Below are positions 1 to 9,895 of a DNA stretch of 64,000 nt, piece by piece. Each line of letters begins with the position of its first letter. Positions within the stretch are counted from its first letter, which is position 1. A model generated the notes under the pieces. It made no database searches. It was not told where the DNA came from and worked only from the letters and a program-made list of their open reading frames with translations. The stretch comes from Gammaproteobacteria bacterium (lineage in GTDB: Bacteria > Pseudomonadota > Gammaproteobacteria > Ga0077536): positions 1,856,001 to 1,920,000 of the forward strand of contig CAXXLL010000003.1 in the NCBI GenBank assembly GCA_963662545.2, given 5' to 3'. The translations under genes and the position numbers were made by a program.

Positions 1-2
1 TG

Positions 3-767
3 GAAGACTCGGTCACAGCCCTGTACGCGAAGGACAAGCAAGTATCGCTCACCTGGGTGTTGGCGGAAGCTGAATATCTGGTGCTCGCAGCTACCCAGCG
101 CCTGGCGCTAGAACGCGACGTGCGCACGGCGATCGCCGCCCTCAAGGCGGCTGACATCCGCCTGCGCTTGGCCAAGCACCCCGATTTGATCGGAGTCCGC
201 GAACAGATCGCCAAAGACATCGCAAGCCTCGAAGCGGTGAACCTGCCGGACGTCGAAGGCCTCGCTATTTATCTCGCCGAAGCGGTGGCGCGCGCGGGCG
301 AATTACCCACCAAGCCCATCGCGGACATCGATATGTCTTTAACGCGGATGCGAAGCGAGGATGCCACCGTCGAGAACTGGAAAGGCATGGCCAAGGCGAT
401 GTGGGCCGATCTCGTCAGCCTGGTCGAAATTAAGGATGGCGAAATGCCGGACGGGGTATTGTTCGATCCGGAACTGCGCTACTTCCTGGAGCAGAACCTG
501 AGGTTGGAGCTCGCGAGCGCGCGCTTGTCCGTATTACGCAGGGATAACGCGAATTTTCAGGCGGCAAGTAAACTGGTTATCAATTTCCTCACCGAATACT
601 ACGATACGAACGACGCCGCCGTCGCGGCGATCCTAACTCGCCTTAAGGCCGAACAGGCGACCGATCTCGACCCGGTCGTACCGGAAATATCAGCGAGCCT
701 CGATGCCGTTCGCGCCAAGCGGATATCGCTCAGGGGTGATGCACCCGCAGGCATCGCCGCGAAGTAG
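3..767 (+). CDS. hemX: HemX-family protein (uroporphyrinogen-III C-methyltransferase-like), 5' truncated by window edge
   Basis: W-LAEAEYL...A-QRL-L..D...A...L..AD..L motif and 'L-QNLRL-L..ARL..LRR' C-terminal motif; directly upstream of hemY. Confidence 0.85.
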   Translation, partial: EDSVTALYAKDKQVSLTWVLAEAEYLVLAATQRLALERDVRTAIAALKAADIRLRLAKHPDLIGVREQIAKDIASLEAVNLPDVEGLAIYLAEAVARAGELPTKPIADIDMSLTRMRSEDATVENWKGMAKAMWADLVSLVEIKDGEMPDGVLFDPELRYFLEQNLRLELASARLSVLRRDNANFQAASKLVINFLTEYYDTNDAAVAAILTRLKAEQATDLDPVVPEISASLDAVRAKRISLRGDAPAGIAAK

Positions 768-769
768 TC

Positions 770-1990
770 GTGATGAAACTGCTTGCGACAGCACTCCTGG
801 CCCTGACGCTCGCGGTCGTGGCGGGTTCCATCGTAGCCAACGACCCGGGCTTCATCGTCATCGGTTTCGGCGGCAAGGTGGTTCGCACAACCTTCGCCTT
901 CTTCATGTTGGCTTCCGTTGCGCTGGGGATCGTGCTTTACGGGTTACTGCGAGGTTTGGCCAATCTGTTCGAATTACGCCGGCGCTGGCGGCGCTGGTCA
1001 GAAGAATACCGCCGTCGCCGGGCGCACCGTTCCCTTGCGAGCGGGATGCTCGCGCTGGCCAAGGGCGAATTCGCGCGTGCCGAGCGTCTGTTCAGCCGCG
1101 GTGTGGATGAAGACGCGCAACCGGAAGTCCATTACCTGGCGGCAGCCGAGGCGGCACAGGCGCTGAAAGCGTCCGCACGGCGCGACAACTATCTGCGGCT
1201 CGCACATGATGTACAGCCTGATGCTGCCGACGCGATCGACATCAAGCGCGCACAGTGGTTGATCGAGAATGATCAACTGATCGAAGCGCGCGGCTTCATC
1301 GATCGCCTCCAAGGAGCGCAGGCGCGGAACCCGCAGGTACTCAAGCTTCGCATGGACTTGTTGCGGCGTTCCGGTGATATGCGCGCGCTGCTGGAACTGA
1401 TCCCGGACCTGAGACGCGACCGCGTGATGCCGTTTGATGATATCAACGCCCTGGAACGCGACTGCGCGATCGCCGTGCTCAACGAGCCCCGCGAGACGCT
1501 CGAGGTCCTGCACACGCTCTGGAAGGGCATGTCAAAACCAATGCGGAAATCGCCGCAGGTTCTCGGGCGCTACGTTCAGGGATTATGCGCGGTCGGCGCG
1601 GGCGATGAGGCGGAAGTACTGTTACGCAAGCAACTTGAAAGCGCCTGGGACTCGTCACTCGCGGCGCTGTACGGCGAAATCGAATGCGAACCGCCGGCCA
1701 GACAACTCCGCAAGGCCGACGGCTGGGCCGTCACGCGAAGCGACGACCCGGGCCTGACACTGACGCGCGCGCGATTGTCGATACGCGCCGGCTTATGGGG
1801 ACAGGCCAAAGATCATTTGGAACGCTTGATCAGTGTCGCGCCGTCGCCCGTGCTGTATCGCCTGCAGGCAGAAGCCGCCGATGGCATGGGCAACTCGGAG
1901 GTGGCGGCGGCACTGCGCAAGAGCGGACTCGAACTCGCGACCGGTATCGACGCGTCGGTACCGCGGCGCACTCAAGACGACGCGGCTTGA
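770..1990 (+). CDS. hemY: Heme biosynthesis-associated TPR protein HemY
   Basis: N-terminal TM + 'DPGFIVI' HemY_N motif, TPR-like helices; follows hemX. Confidence 0.85.
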   Translation: MMKLLATALLALTLAVVAGSIVANDPGFIVIGFGGKVVRTTFAFFMLASVALGIVLYGLLRGLANLFELRRRWRRWSEEYRRRRAHRSLASGMLALAKGEFARAERLFSRGVDEDAQPEVHYLAAAEAAQALKASARRDNYLRLAHDVQPDAADAIDIKRAQWLIENDQLIEARGFIDRLQGAQARNPQVLKLRMDLLRRSGDMRALLELIPDLRRDRVMPFDDINALERDCAIAVLNEPRETLEVLHTLWKGMSKPMRKSPQVLGRYVQGLCAVGAGDEAEVLLRKQLESAWDSSLAALYGEIECEPPARQLRKADGWAVTRSDDPGLTLTRARLSIRAGLWGQAKDHLERLISVAPSPVLYRLQAEAADGMGNSEVAAALRKSGLELATGIDASVPRRTQDDAA

Positions 1991-2031
1991 CGCGCGTGTT
2001 CTAGCGCGCTACTCCCGCCATCGTGCTGCTG

Positions 2032-2703
2032 CTACAGGCTCCCCCTACCTTGCGGCAGGCTGCGCGAACTCGTCAGCCAGCGCAACAGCGGCGCCCAGTA
2101 TTCCCGGTCCGTCGCCGTTGCCAATGGCGCGAATTCAAAGATCGAGATACCACGCTCGGCCGCCTTGAGGTAATTAGCGCTCTGGCGCAGAAAGGTCAGG
2201 AACGGAAACCGCCGCCCTGAAGGCAGCTTGAGATCGTAGAGGTAATCTTCGAGATCGTCGGCCACACGCGTCCCCACACGGAGGCGGCTGGCGACGGTCG
2301 CCAACTTAATGTCCGTTTTGATCTGCGGCCGTACGTCGCGCAGTTCTGCGAAAAATCTCTGCGCGGCTCGAATATCGACCGGGGATGGAACGATGGGAAC
2401 GATGGCAGTGTGCGCTCGACGCAGGAGACTGACCAGTTGATCCCCGTGGGTTCTCGATGGCGCATCGATGATGACGACGTCAGTGCGGCGGGGAACGCGT
2501 AAACCTGAAGAGAATGCCTCTATACAGGTTATTTTCGGAAACTTCGCGGGACGCTGCCGGATCCAATCGACGCTGCCGCCGAGGGGATCGTAGTCGGCCA
2601 GCACAACCTTGGCGCCGGCATCGGCGTAATAGCCCGCAAGATTGGTCGCAACTGTCGTTTTCCCGCTGCCGCCTTTGGCATTGAGAAGCAGGATCGAGCG
2701 CAT
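2032..2703 (-). CDS. ParA-family ATPase (orphan, no adjacent ParB)
   Basis: Deviant Walker A 'NAKGGSGKTT', 'DYDP', 'IIDAP'. Confidence 0.85.
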   Translation of the reverse strand: MRSILLLNAKGGSGKTTVATNLAGYYADAGAKVVLADYDPLGGSVDWIRQRPAKFPKITCIEAFSSGLRVPRRTDVVIIDAPSRTHGDQLVSLLRRAHTAIVPIVPSPVDIRAAQRFFAELRDVRPQIKTDIKLATVASRLRVGTRVADDLEDYLYDLKLPSGRRFPFLTFLRQSANYLKAAERGISIFEFAPLATATDREYWAPLLRWLTSSRSLPQGRGSL

Positions 2704-2769
2704 GGTCTTTTCCCCCGAGCAGAACCCGCGCGTAGTATAACCGCGGGTCGCTGAATTTTCCGCGCCGTG

Positions 2770-2822
2770 CTTAGTAGGCCGTTGAAAAACGGTAGACCCT
2801 CATTTTGCAACAGTCTGCTAAG
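2770..2822. repeat. Short imperfect inverted repeat resembling a collapsed IS/MITE end pair
   Basis: CTTAGTAGGCCGTTGAAAAA (2770-2789) vs TTTTGCAACAGTCTGCTAAG (2803-2822), 16/20 complementary. Confidence 0.55.
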
Positions 2823-2824
2823 GC

Positions 2825-3718
2825 TTAGGCAGCACTCCGCTTTACTGACCGATCGCGGCATTTCATCATGTGCTCAATAACGGGATTGAGCAGTAGCTCC
2901 ATCGCCGACACCATGTTTCCCGCCGGTACGACGAGTGTATCGGGTTGAGACATGAACGATCCTTCGAGGGTCTCTAGCAGGCGGGGATAATCCGGGTTGA
3001 TCTTGTCATGGTTGGCGATGTGGATGACGATCATGCTCTGTTCACTCGGGGGGATCTTGCCAATGGTGAAGGGATTGGAGGTGTCGATCGTAGGGACGCG
3101 TTGAAAATTCACGTCGGTCCTCGAAAACTGGGGGCAGATATAGTGCACGTAGTCAGGCATGCGTCGCAGGATCATGGCGGTCGCCGTTTCCGCCGAATAG
3201 CCGCGAACAGCACGATCCCTGTGAATTTTCTGGATCCATTCCAGGTTGATGATCGGCACCACGCCGATCAAGAGGTCGACGAGCCGCGCGATGTCGTTCT
3301 CTTCGGTCTCTAGGCCGCCGTGCAAACCCTCGTAAAACAGGAGATCCGTGTCTCGCGGTAGCGGCGTCCATGGCGTGAAAGTACCCGGTTCGGCGCCGAG
3401 GACTTCGGCCTCCTCATCGGTATGCACGTAATGCCGACGCTTGCCGCTGCCCGTATCGATGTAGGTGCGAAACAGATTCTCCAGTTCATCAAACAGATTG
3501 CCGTCGGGGCCGAAATGCGTGAGGGTGTGGCCGCGTAACGCGGCCTTTTCGACCTCCCGGGCCATTTCCGCGCGATCGTATCGGTGGTAGCTGTCGCCTT
3601 CGATGACGGCTGGCTGAATGCCTTCGCCCGCAAAGATGTGCTCGAAGGCGGATTTCACACTGGTTGTTCCAGCGCCAGAAGATCCCGTAACGGCGACGAT
3701 GGGGTGGAGTTCCGACAT
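2825..3718 (-). CDS. prkB: Phosphoribulokinase (proteobacterial PrkB/CbbP type)
   Basis: 'HPIVAVTGSSGAGTTS', 'LLFYEGLHG', 'NLEWIQKIHRD', 'NFQRVPTIDTSNPF'. Confidence 0.93.
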   Translation of the reverse strand: MSELHPIVAVTGSSGAGTTSVKSAFEHIFAGEGIQPAVIEGDSYHRYDRAEMAREVEKAALRGHTLTHFGPDGNLFDELENLFRTYIDTGSGKRRHYVHTDEEAEVLGAEPGTFTPWTPLPRDTDLLFYEGLHGGLETEENDIARLVDLLIGVVPIINLEWIQKIHRDRAVRGYSAETATAMILRRMPDYVHYICPQFSRTDVNFQRVPTIDTSNPFTIGKIPPSEQSMIVIHIANHDKINPDYPRLLETLEGSFMSQPDTLVVPAGNMVSAMELLLNPVIEHMMKCRDRSVKRSAA

Positions 3719-3851
3719 GCGATGGAATGCTCCGTGAGCTTTCAGGACAATGAAAGGGCTATTTTAGGTTGAAGTCCGCCAGCGAACCAGATTGCTGCAG
3801 TGCACGCCGAAGGTGGCGGCAAATTGCCCGTGCCGCGGGCATAGTGTCAAA

Positions 3852-5624
3852 ATGTGCTCTGTGATCACCGACAGCGGCCGTATTTACCTGAGATTACTGA
3901 GCTTTGTGCGGCCGCATTGGCGGGTGTTCGCGCTCGCCATCGGGGCGATGCTGGGGCTGGCCTCGACCGAGTGGATGCTGCCGGCACTGCTGAAACCGCT
4001 GATCGACCAAGAATTCGAGATCGCCGGCAAAGCGTCCTTCTACATCACCCCGTTGCTTCTGGTTGTCCTGTTCGCGGTTCGCGGGGGCTTGAGCTACCTC
4101 GGCACGGTCGCCTTGCACTGGGTGGCGCAGCGCACGGTCGCCGATCTACGCGCGACCATGTTCCGCACCCTGGTCCGCCTGCCTGCGGAATTTTTCGACC
4201 GGCGTACCAGCGGGGAACTCATCTCGAAATTTACTTTCGACGCCACCCAGGTCGCGCAGGCGTCGACCCGCGTGATCACGGTCATGGTCAAAGATTCGGC
4301 CGTCGTCATCGTCCTGATGGGCTATCTCTTGTTTCTCAATTGGCAACTCGCCGGCCTCTTGTTACTGCTCGCGCCGCCCGTCGGTTTCGTGGTTTACCGT
4401 GTCTCGCGCCGTATGCGCGAGATGAGCCGCAGACTGCAGGAATCGGTCGGTGAAATAAACGAGGTCGCCGGGGAGGCCGTGCGTGGCCACCGCGAGATCA
4501 AAGTATTCGACGGCTACGACTACGAAATTGCGCGCTTTGGCCGAGCCATCAACAATGCCCGGAAATTCCATATGAAAGTCGTGCGTACCAGCGCGATGAC
4601 CGTACCGATCACCCAGTTATTGGTGGCCGTCGGCATCGCAGCCATGATCCTGCTCGCGCTGCGCGAAAGGGCGGCTGGCACGATGACTCTAGGTGATCTA
4701 ATCGCTTTCCTGACCGCGACAGCATTGCTCTTGCCACCGACGAAGCGCCTGGCCGGCGTGAACGAATTTCTACAGCGCGGGATCGCGGCATCGGAATCCA
4801 TATTTGGTCTTGCCGACGCCAGCGCGGAGGTCGACGAAGGCGCTGATGAGGGTACGGTTAGCGGGCGCATCCGGTTCGAGGGCGTGTATCTAAGCTACGG
4901 CGACCGGGACGCGCTCGAGTTGATAAACCTCGACATCGCGGCCGGTGAAACCGTTGCCTTCGTCGGCCGCTCGGGCGGTGGCAAGACCTCGTTGGTCAAT
5001 CTCGTCCCGCGGTTCTACGAGCCCACGGCGGGACGCATTTACATCGATGAACGCCCGCTCGAATCGTTCGGCTTGACGACCTTGAGGCGACATATTGCTT
5101 TTGTCGGGCAGAACGTCGTGTTGTTCAACGACACGATTCGAAACAACATCGCTTATGGCAGCCTGCGCGAACATACGGATGAGGAAATTGAGTTAGCCGC
5201 GCGCCGTGCCCAAGTCGAAACCTTTGCGGCGGAGATGCCGCAGGGTCTCGATACGATCGTGGGCGAAAACGGTGTGCTCTTGTCCGGCGGACAGCGCCAG
5301 CGGGTCGCGATCGCGCGCGCCCTGCTCAAGGACGCGCCCCTTCTGATCCTCGATGAAGCGACCGCCGCGCTGGACAACGAGTCCGAGCGTCTCGTCCAGG
5401 ACGCGCTGAAGACGCTCCGCGCGGGGCGCACCAGCCTCATCGTCGCACATCGCCTGTCAACCATTAAACAGGCCGACCGCATCGTCGTGCTGGAAGGCGG
5501 TCGCATCGTCGAAGCGGGCCCGCACGCGAACCTGCTCGCGTCGGGCGGGGTGTATGCGCGGCTCTACGCCGCCGGCTTCGAAGCCGCATCGGACCTTGAG
5601 AAGATCCTCGACGCGATGGCATAA
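3852..5624 (+). CDS. msbA: Lipid A export ABC transporter MsbA
   Basis: 6-TM N-half; Walker A GRSGGGKT; signature LSGGQRQR; Walker B LILDEAT; start codon uncertain. Confidence 0.88.
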   Translation: MCSVITDSGRIYLRLLSFVRPHWRVFALAIGAMLGLASTEWMLPALLKPLIDQEFEIAGKASFYITPLLLVVLFAVRGGLSYLGTVALHWVAQRTVADLRATMFRTLVRLPAEFFDRRTSGELISKFTFDATQVAQASTRVITVMVKDSAVVIVLMGYLLFLNWQLAGLLLLLAPPVGFVVYRVSRRMREMSRRLQESVGEINEVAGEAVRGHREIKVFDGYDYEIARFGRAINNARKFHMKVVRTSAMTVPITQLLVAVGIAAMILLALRERAAGTMTLGDLIAFLTATALLLPPTKRLAGVNEFLQRGIAASESIFGLADASAEVDEGADEGTVSGRIRFEGVYLSYGDRDALELINLDIAAGETVAFVGRSGGGKTSLVNLVPRFYEPTAGRIYIDERPLESFGLTTLRRHIAFVGQNVVLFNDTIRNNIAYGSLREHTDEEIELAARRAQVETFAAEMPQGLDTIVGENGVLLSGGQRQRVAIARALLKDAPLLILDEATAALDNESERLVQDALKTLRAGRTSLIVAHRLSTIKQADRIVVLEGGRIVEAGPHANLLASGGVYARLYAAGFEAASDLEKILDAMA

Positions 5625-5675
5625 CAGACTGGCGACAAGCGTGGACACTCATCATCGCGCTATTCGCCGCCCCGC

Positions 5676-7652
5676 TCAGGCGCGTCGGGCGGGCTTGAAC
5701 TTCTGAACGCGCGCGGCCAGGCGTCCCGGGTCAATGACTACACGGCCGTAGCGGATCTGCGTGTAAAGACGTGTGATCGCAAATACTTCCGCCGACAGGT
5801 CCGCGCGCTCGTGCATGACGCGTCTGGCAAATGCGAGAGGCGCTTCGCTCGGGTCGCGGACGAGCCCGGCGCGGTTGAGTTTATTGCAAAAACGGATGTA
5901 CGCGCGCAGCGCGGGGTCGGTTACGAGGCGGCCGCTGCGTAAAAGAAGAAGACTGAGGGTGACGGTCACCGCCGCCAGTAGCAGGGTGAGCGCGATGACA
6001 AGATTGCCGTAATCCCACTCCTCGAGCCCGAGATCGTCGAGCAAGCGCCGTTGGCGTTGCGGTGAATAGCCGAGCACCCATTGATTCCAGCCGTAGGTAA
6101 CGGCGTCCCAAGAATCGCGCAGCTGCTCCCAGAACGCCGCGGCGACGGCGGTTCGCGCGAATGAGGACAGCGGTGAATCGCGTGGCAGCAGGTCGGTGAT
6201 ACCCAGCGAAACCCGTTCCGGTGCGACGGCCGCGGTCGGATCGACGCGGAGCCAGCCGCGGCCGGACAGATAGACTTCGGCCCACGCGTGAGCGTCTCTC
6301 TGACGCACCACCAGATACTCTCCGACCGAGTTGTAATCGCCGCCCTGGTAACCGGTGACGACACGCGCCGGAATGCCAGCGGCGCGCATCAGCACGACGA
6401 ACGCCGATGCAAAGTGCTCGCAGAATCCTTCCCGGGTATCGAAGATGAAATCGTCGACAGCATCTCTCGGTAGCAAGGGCGGCGTTAGCGAATAGTAAAA
6501 ATCGTTGTCGCGGAAAAAAGCCAGTGCAGTATCGACAAGCTCGCGTTGATCGCGTGTGGTTTGTGTCCAGCCGACCGCCAATTCGCGGGCACGCAGATGC
6601 CATCCGGGCGGCAGGCGCAGCGCGGCGCGGCGCTGCTCAGCGGTGATTTCGCTGATGCGATACTCGACGGTGGAGTGCAGGTCGTAGCGAATACGCCGAC
6701 GAACGGGACGACTCGCGAGCAGGCGATGATCACTCGTATGCCGTACCCCGGTACCGATGGAGGTCACCATTTCTAGCCCCATCAGCCAGCGATTGCGATG
6801 CGGTTCAAGCGTCAAGGTGTAATGGTAGTTATCCCCACGGCGTTCGACGGGCGTCGCCGGGCCGTCGCCCACGGTGCCGGCGGTCCAGCGGCGGCCGTCG
6901 GTATTCCACAGCACCGGCCCGCGCCAGTACAGATCCTCCGTGCGTGGCTCTGGCCCGTGAAATTCGACCCGGAAAGCAATTTCGTCCGACAGTCCGAGGC
7001 GCGCGATCTGGCCGACTGTCATTTCGTTACTGAGGCCCGAAACGGCGCTAAAAGCGTCCTGGGGCAGGCCCCAAAGTGGTCCTGGAAGGCGGGGAAACAG
7101 AACGAAGGCCGCAAGCATGAGCGGCATAGCCTGAAGGGTCATGAGGGCCGCCTGGCTGAACATCTGATGTGGACGTTGGTATTCCCGTGGCGTGTTGAAC
7201 TGGATCAGGACGGTGGTGGCGAAGACGACCACGATCAGCATGTAGATAGCCGTCGGCATCGTTTGCGAGTAGAAGAAGTTGGTAACGACCAGGAAGTAGC
7301 ACAGAAACGTCACCACGTAGTAATCGCGCTCGCCGCGCATTTCCAGGAGCTTTAGACCTAAAAGTGCCGCGAGTAGCTCGATTCCGGCGTCGCGTCCGAG
7401 CTGGCCGTGATAGGCGATGTAGATGCTGACGAAGGCAAGTACCGCAACCAATTGTTTCCCAATCCAGAGGATTATGTGTTCGCGGTCGGGCAGCGGCAGC
7501 CGCTTCATCGCGCCGAGAATGCGCCACAGGGAGGCGCCGATGAAAGCGAGGCTTAAAATAAGGGGAAAACGCTGCATGTGCGGCATCAGGGCGAGCACGA
7601 TCGCGGTCGTGATCCACACGACTTCGCGCGTTGAAAGGACGTTCGGACTCAC
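5676..7652 (-). CDS. DUF3488 + transglutaminase domain membrane protein (TgpA-like)
   Basis: 'GFCEHFASAF', 'GIPARVVTGYQGG', 'DAHAWAEV', 'WLRVDPT'; multi-TM N-terminus; third gene of MoxR-DUF58-TgpA operon. Confidence 0.9.
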   Translation of the reverse strand: MSPNVLSTREVVWITTAIVLALMPHMQRFPLILSLAFIGASLWRILGAMKRLPLPDREHIILWIGKQLVAVLAFVSIYIAYHGQLGRDAGIELLAALLGLKLLEMRGERDYYVVTFLCYFLVVTNFFYSQTMPTAIYMLIVVVFATTVLIQFNTPREYQRPHQMFSQAALMTLQAMPLMLAAFVLFPRLPGPLWGLPQDAFSAVSGLSNEMTVGQIARLGLSDEIAFRVEFHGPEPRTEDLYWRGPVLWNTDGRRWTAGTVGDGPATPVERRGDNYHYTLTLEPHRNRWLMGLEMVTSIGTGVRHTSDHRLLASRPVRRRIRYDLHSTVEYRISEITAEQRRAALRLPPGWHLRARELAVGWTQTTRDQRELVDTALAFFRDNDFYYSLTPPLLPRDAVDDFIFDTREGFCEHFASAFVVLMRAAGIPARVVTGYQGGDYNSVGEYLVVRQRDAHAWAEVYLSGRGWLRVDPTAAVAPERVSLGITDLLPRDSPLSSFARTAVAAAFWEQLRDSWDAVTYGWNQWVLGYSPQRQRRLLDDLGLEEWDYGNLVIALTLLLAAVTVTLSLLLLRSGRLVTDPALRAYIRFCNKLNRAGLVRDPSEAPLAFARRVMHERADLSAEVFAITRLYTQIRYGRVVIDPGRLAARVQKFKPARRA

Positions 7653-8614
7653 TGGTCCGCTTCGAACAGCGCGAGTGCGCGCAAACATTGATCACGATGC
7701 CCCATCCCGTGTCCGAACTCGATGCGCACACCGGGGATTTCGAGGCCGAAGGTCATAGCAGCGCGGCTCGCCTCAAGCGTCCATTGGGTCAACTGGGACA
7801 AGCGTGCCTCGAGGTTTCCGAGCGATCCCACGGCATCCCAGGTCAGCCACACCTGCGTCGATGCGCTGCCCTCGAAACGCTTGATCATGAGATCTTGTTC
7901 CTTGGCTAGCGTTTTCCAGGCGATCGCCCGGGGCGGATCGCCCGGCGTATAAGGCCGCAATCCCGCGAAGTCGTCGCTACCGCTCTGCGTCGCAGCGCCG
8001 GTTCCGCTCGCAGCCCCAAGATATCGCGGCAGCGGTAGCGTGCCGTGCGGAGCAGGATAGGCCAGGCAGCGCGCGCCCGTATCGAAATACGCCCAGGCCC
8101 TTAGGATCCCCAGTGGAAAAACGCTGCGCAATCGGATCCTGCCGAGGGCCAGCCAGCCGCGGCGTAACGCTTCGACCGGGACGACCGGATTGCCGTGCTC
8201 GGACGCATCGAGGTTGAAACGGGTTTCGAAACGTTCGAGATAGCGGCGTGCCTCGCGACTCATGCGTCGCGGACATTGGCTCAACGCAATCGACAGCCTT
8301 ATACGCTCGGACTCATTATCGATGTGACATTCGAACTGGGCGATCTCTCCCACGAACACCGGTGAACACCTGACACCGGCGAACTGCAATCCCGCAAGAT
8401 TGCGATAGGTGTGCAGCATCGCGACCAGAAAGAGCCCGCCCAGGAGGAAGGCCAATAGGTAGCCGAGCGCGTTGTCATAATTGATGGCCCCGAGCAGGAT
8501 GACGACGAGCATGACCCCCAGGGTGAATCCGTGTCGCGTGGGAAAGATATAGACGTGCCGCCGGTCCAGGCGCTGCACGACCGCGGGAGCAGCGAGGGCG
8601 GCCGTCTGATTCAA
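7649..8614 (-). CDS. DUF58 domain protein
   Basis: 'DFAGLRPYTPGD...IAWK' motif; 4-nt overlap with MoxR. Confidence 0.88.
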   Translation of the reverse strand: MNQTAALAAPAVVQRLDRRHVYIFPTRHGFTLGVMLVVILLGAINYDNALGYLLAFLLGGLFLVAMLHTYRNLAGLQFAGVRCSPVFVGEIAQFECHIDNESERIRLSIALSQCPRRMSREARRYLERFETRFNLDASEHGNPVVPVEALRRGWLALGRIRLRSVFPLGILRAWAYFDTGARCLAYPAPHGTLPLPRYLGAASGTGAATQSGSDDFAGLRPYTPGDPPRAIAWKTLAKEQDLMIKRFEGSASTQVWLTWDAVGSLGNLEARLSQLTQWTLEASRAAMTFGLEIPGVRIEFGHGMGHRDQCLRALALFEADQ

Positions 8615-9567
8615 GGGATCGGCACGTTACTCAGCAACGCATCGGTGATGAGGGCCGGATCATGGCGGCTCTCATTGTGGACGGGCTGCAGGCGGTGCAC
8701 TGCGACGCTCGGCAACACGGCCTGGACATCATCGGGCAGCACGTGCGTGCGACCGTCAGTCAGCGCCCAGGCCTTGGCTGCACGCAATAGCGCGAGGCCG
8801 GCCCGCGGCGACAGACCGGATGCAAAGGCCGTCGTCTTGCGGCTGTAATCGAGGAGATCCTGGACATAGTTGAGCAAGGCGTCGCTGACGTGCACTCTTT
8901 CGACCTGGGCTTGCAGGGTGCGCAGCAACTCCGCATCGAGCACGGGCTCCAATTCGTCCAACAACTCACGGCGATCGACACCCGTCAACAGCAAGCGTTC
9001 CGAGCGGCGATCGGGGTAGCCCAGCGACAGGCGCATCAGGAAGCGGTCCAATTGCGATTCCGGTAGTAGAAAAGTGCCGATTTGATCGGCCGGGTTCTGC
9101 GTGGCGATCACGAAGAAGGGCTGCGGTAGCGGATGCGTCTCGTTTTCTATCGTGACCTGGCGTTCTTCCATGGCTTCGAGCAAGGCGCTCTGCGCGCGCG
9201 GCGTCGCGCGATTGACTTCGTCGGCGAGGACAACGTTCGCGAAAATCGGTCCCGGGTGAAACTTGAAATCCGCCGTTTCGCGGTTGTAGACGTAGACGCC
9301 GATCACGTCGGCCGGCAGGAGATCGCTGGTGAACTGCACTCGCTGGAAACTCAAGCCCACGAGTTTGGCCAGCAGATGCGCCAGGGTCGTTTTTCCGACA
9401 CCCGGCACGTCCTCGATCAGTAAGTGGCCGCGCGCAAGCATGCATGCGAGCGCCAGGCGCAGTTCGTGCGCTTTGCCGACGACGACGCGCGAGGCGACGG
9501 TAATGACCTCATTTATCTTCGCCCGCGCTTCGTCGGCCGTGGCGTATTCTCGGTTTCGCGTATCCAT
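8611..9567 (-). CDS. moxR: MoxR-family AAA+ ATPase
   Basis: 'HLLIEDVPGVGKTT', 'VLADEVNRA', 'SALLEAMEE', 'ATQNP'; start uncertain (9567-9606). Confidence 0.9.
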   Translation of the reverse strand: MDTRNREYATADEARAKINEVITVASRVVVGKAHELRLALACMLARGHLLIEDVPGVGKTTLAHLLAKLVGLSFQRVQFTSDLLPADVIGVYVYNRETADFKFHPGPIFANVVLADEVNRATPRAQSALLEAMEERQVTIENETHPLPQPFFVIATQNPADQIGTFLLPESQLDRFLMRLSLGYPDRRSERLLLTGVDRRELLDELEPVLDAELLRTLQAQVERVHVSDALLNYVQDLLDYSRKTTAFASGLSPRAGLALLRAAKAWALTDGRTHVLPDDVQAVLPSVAVHRLQPVHNESRHDPALITDALLSNVPIP

Positions 9568-9895
9568 ATGGCTCAAGGAACTCATGTCGAAATGGCTGTT
9601 GCGCAAAGTGGCATTCCTGGCAGACCACTGGAACCTGCAAACCGAACCGGGTTCAGCGGCGGTCCGACCGTGTCACGACCGGAGCATTCTCGACCTTATC
9701 GGCCAAACGCCCGAAATCTTCGGGTCTACGCAGATTGCGGACTTCGCCGCACCGGGCAGCGGCGGCATATACTCACTGGGCCGGCGCGTGGAGTCAGAAG
9801 CTTAACTAAGGCCACAAGAGCTTGCGAGCCGGTATTATCGATGTTGCGGACTATTTGGCAGCAGATGATCTGTCACGCGCCATCAGGGGAACGCC

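Noticed and set aside
2825-3718. Calvin cycle autotrophy inferred from prkB plus class I aldolase
   Set aside because: No RuBisCO or cbb cluster in the window; PrkB homologues occur in heterotrophic gammaproteobacteria
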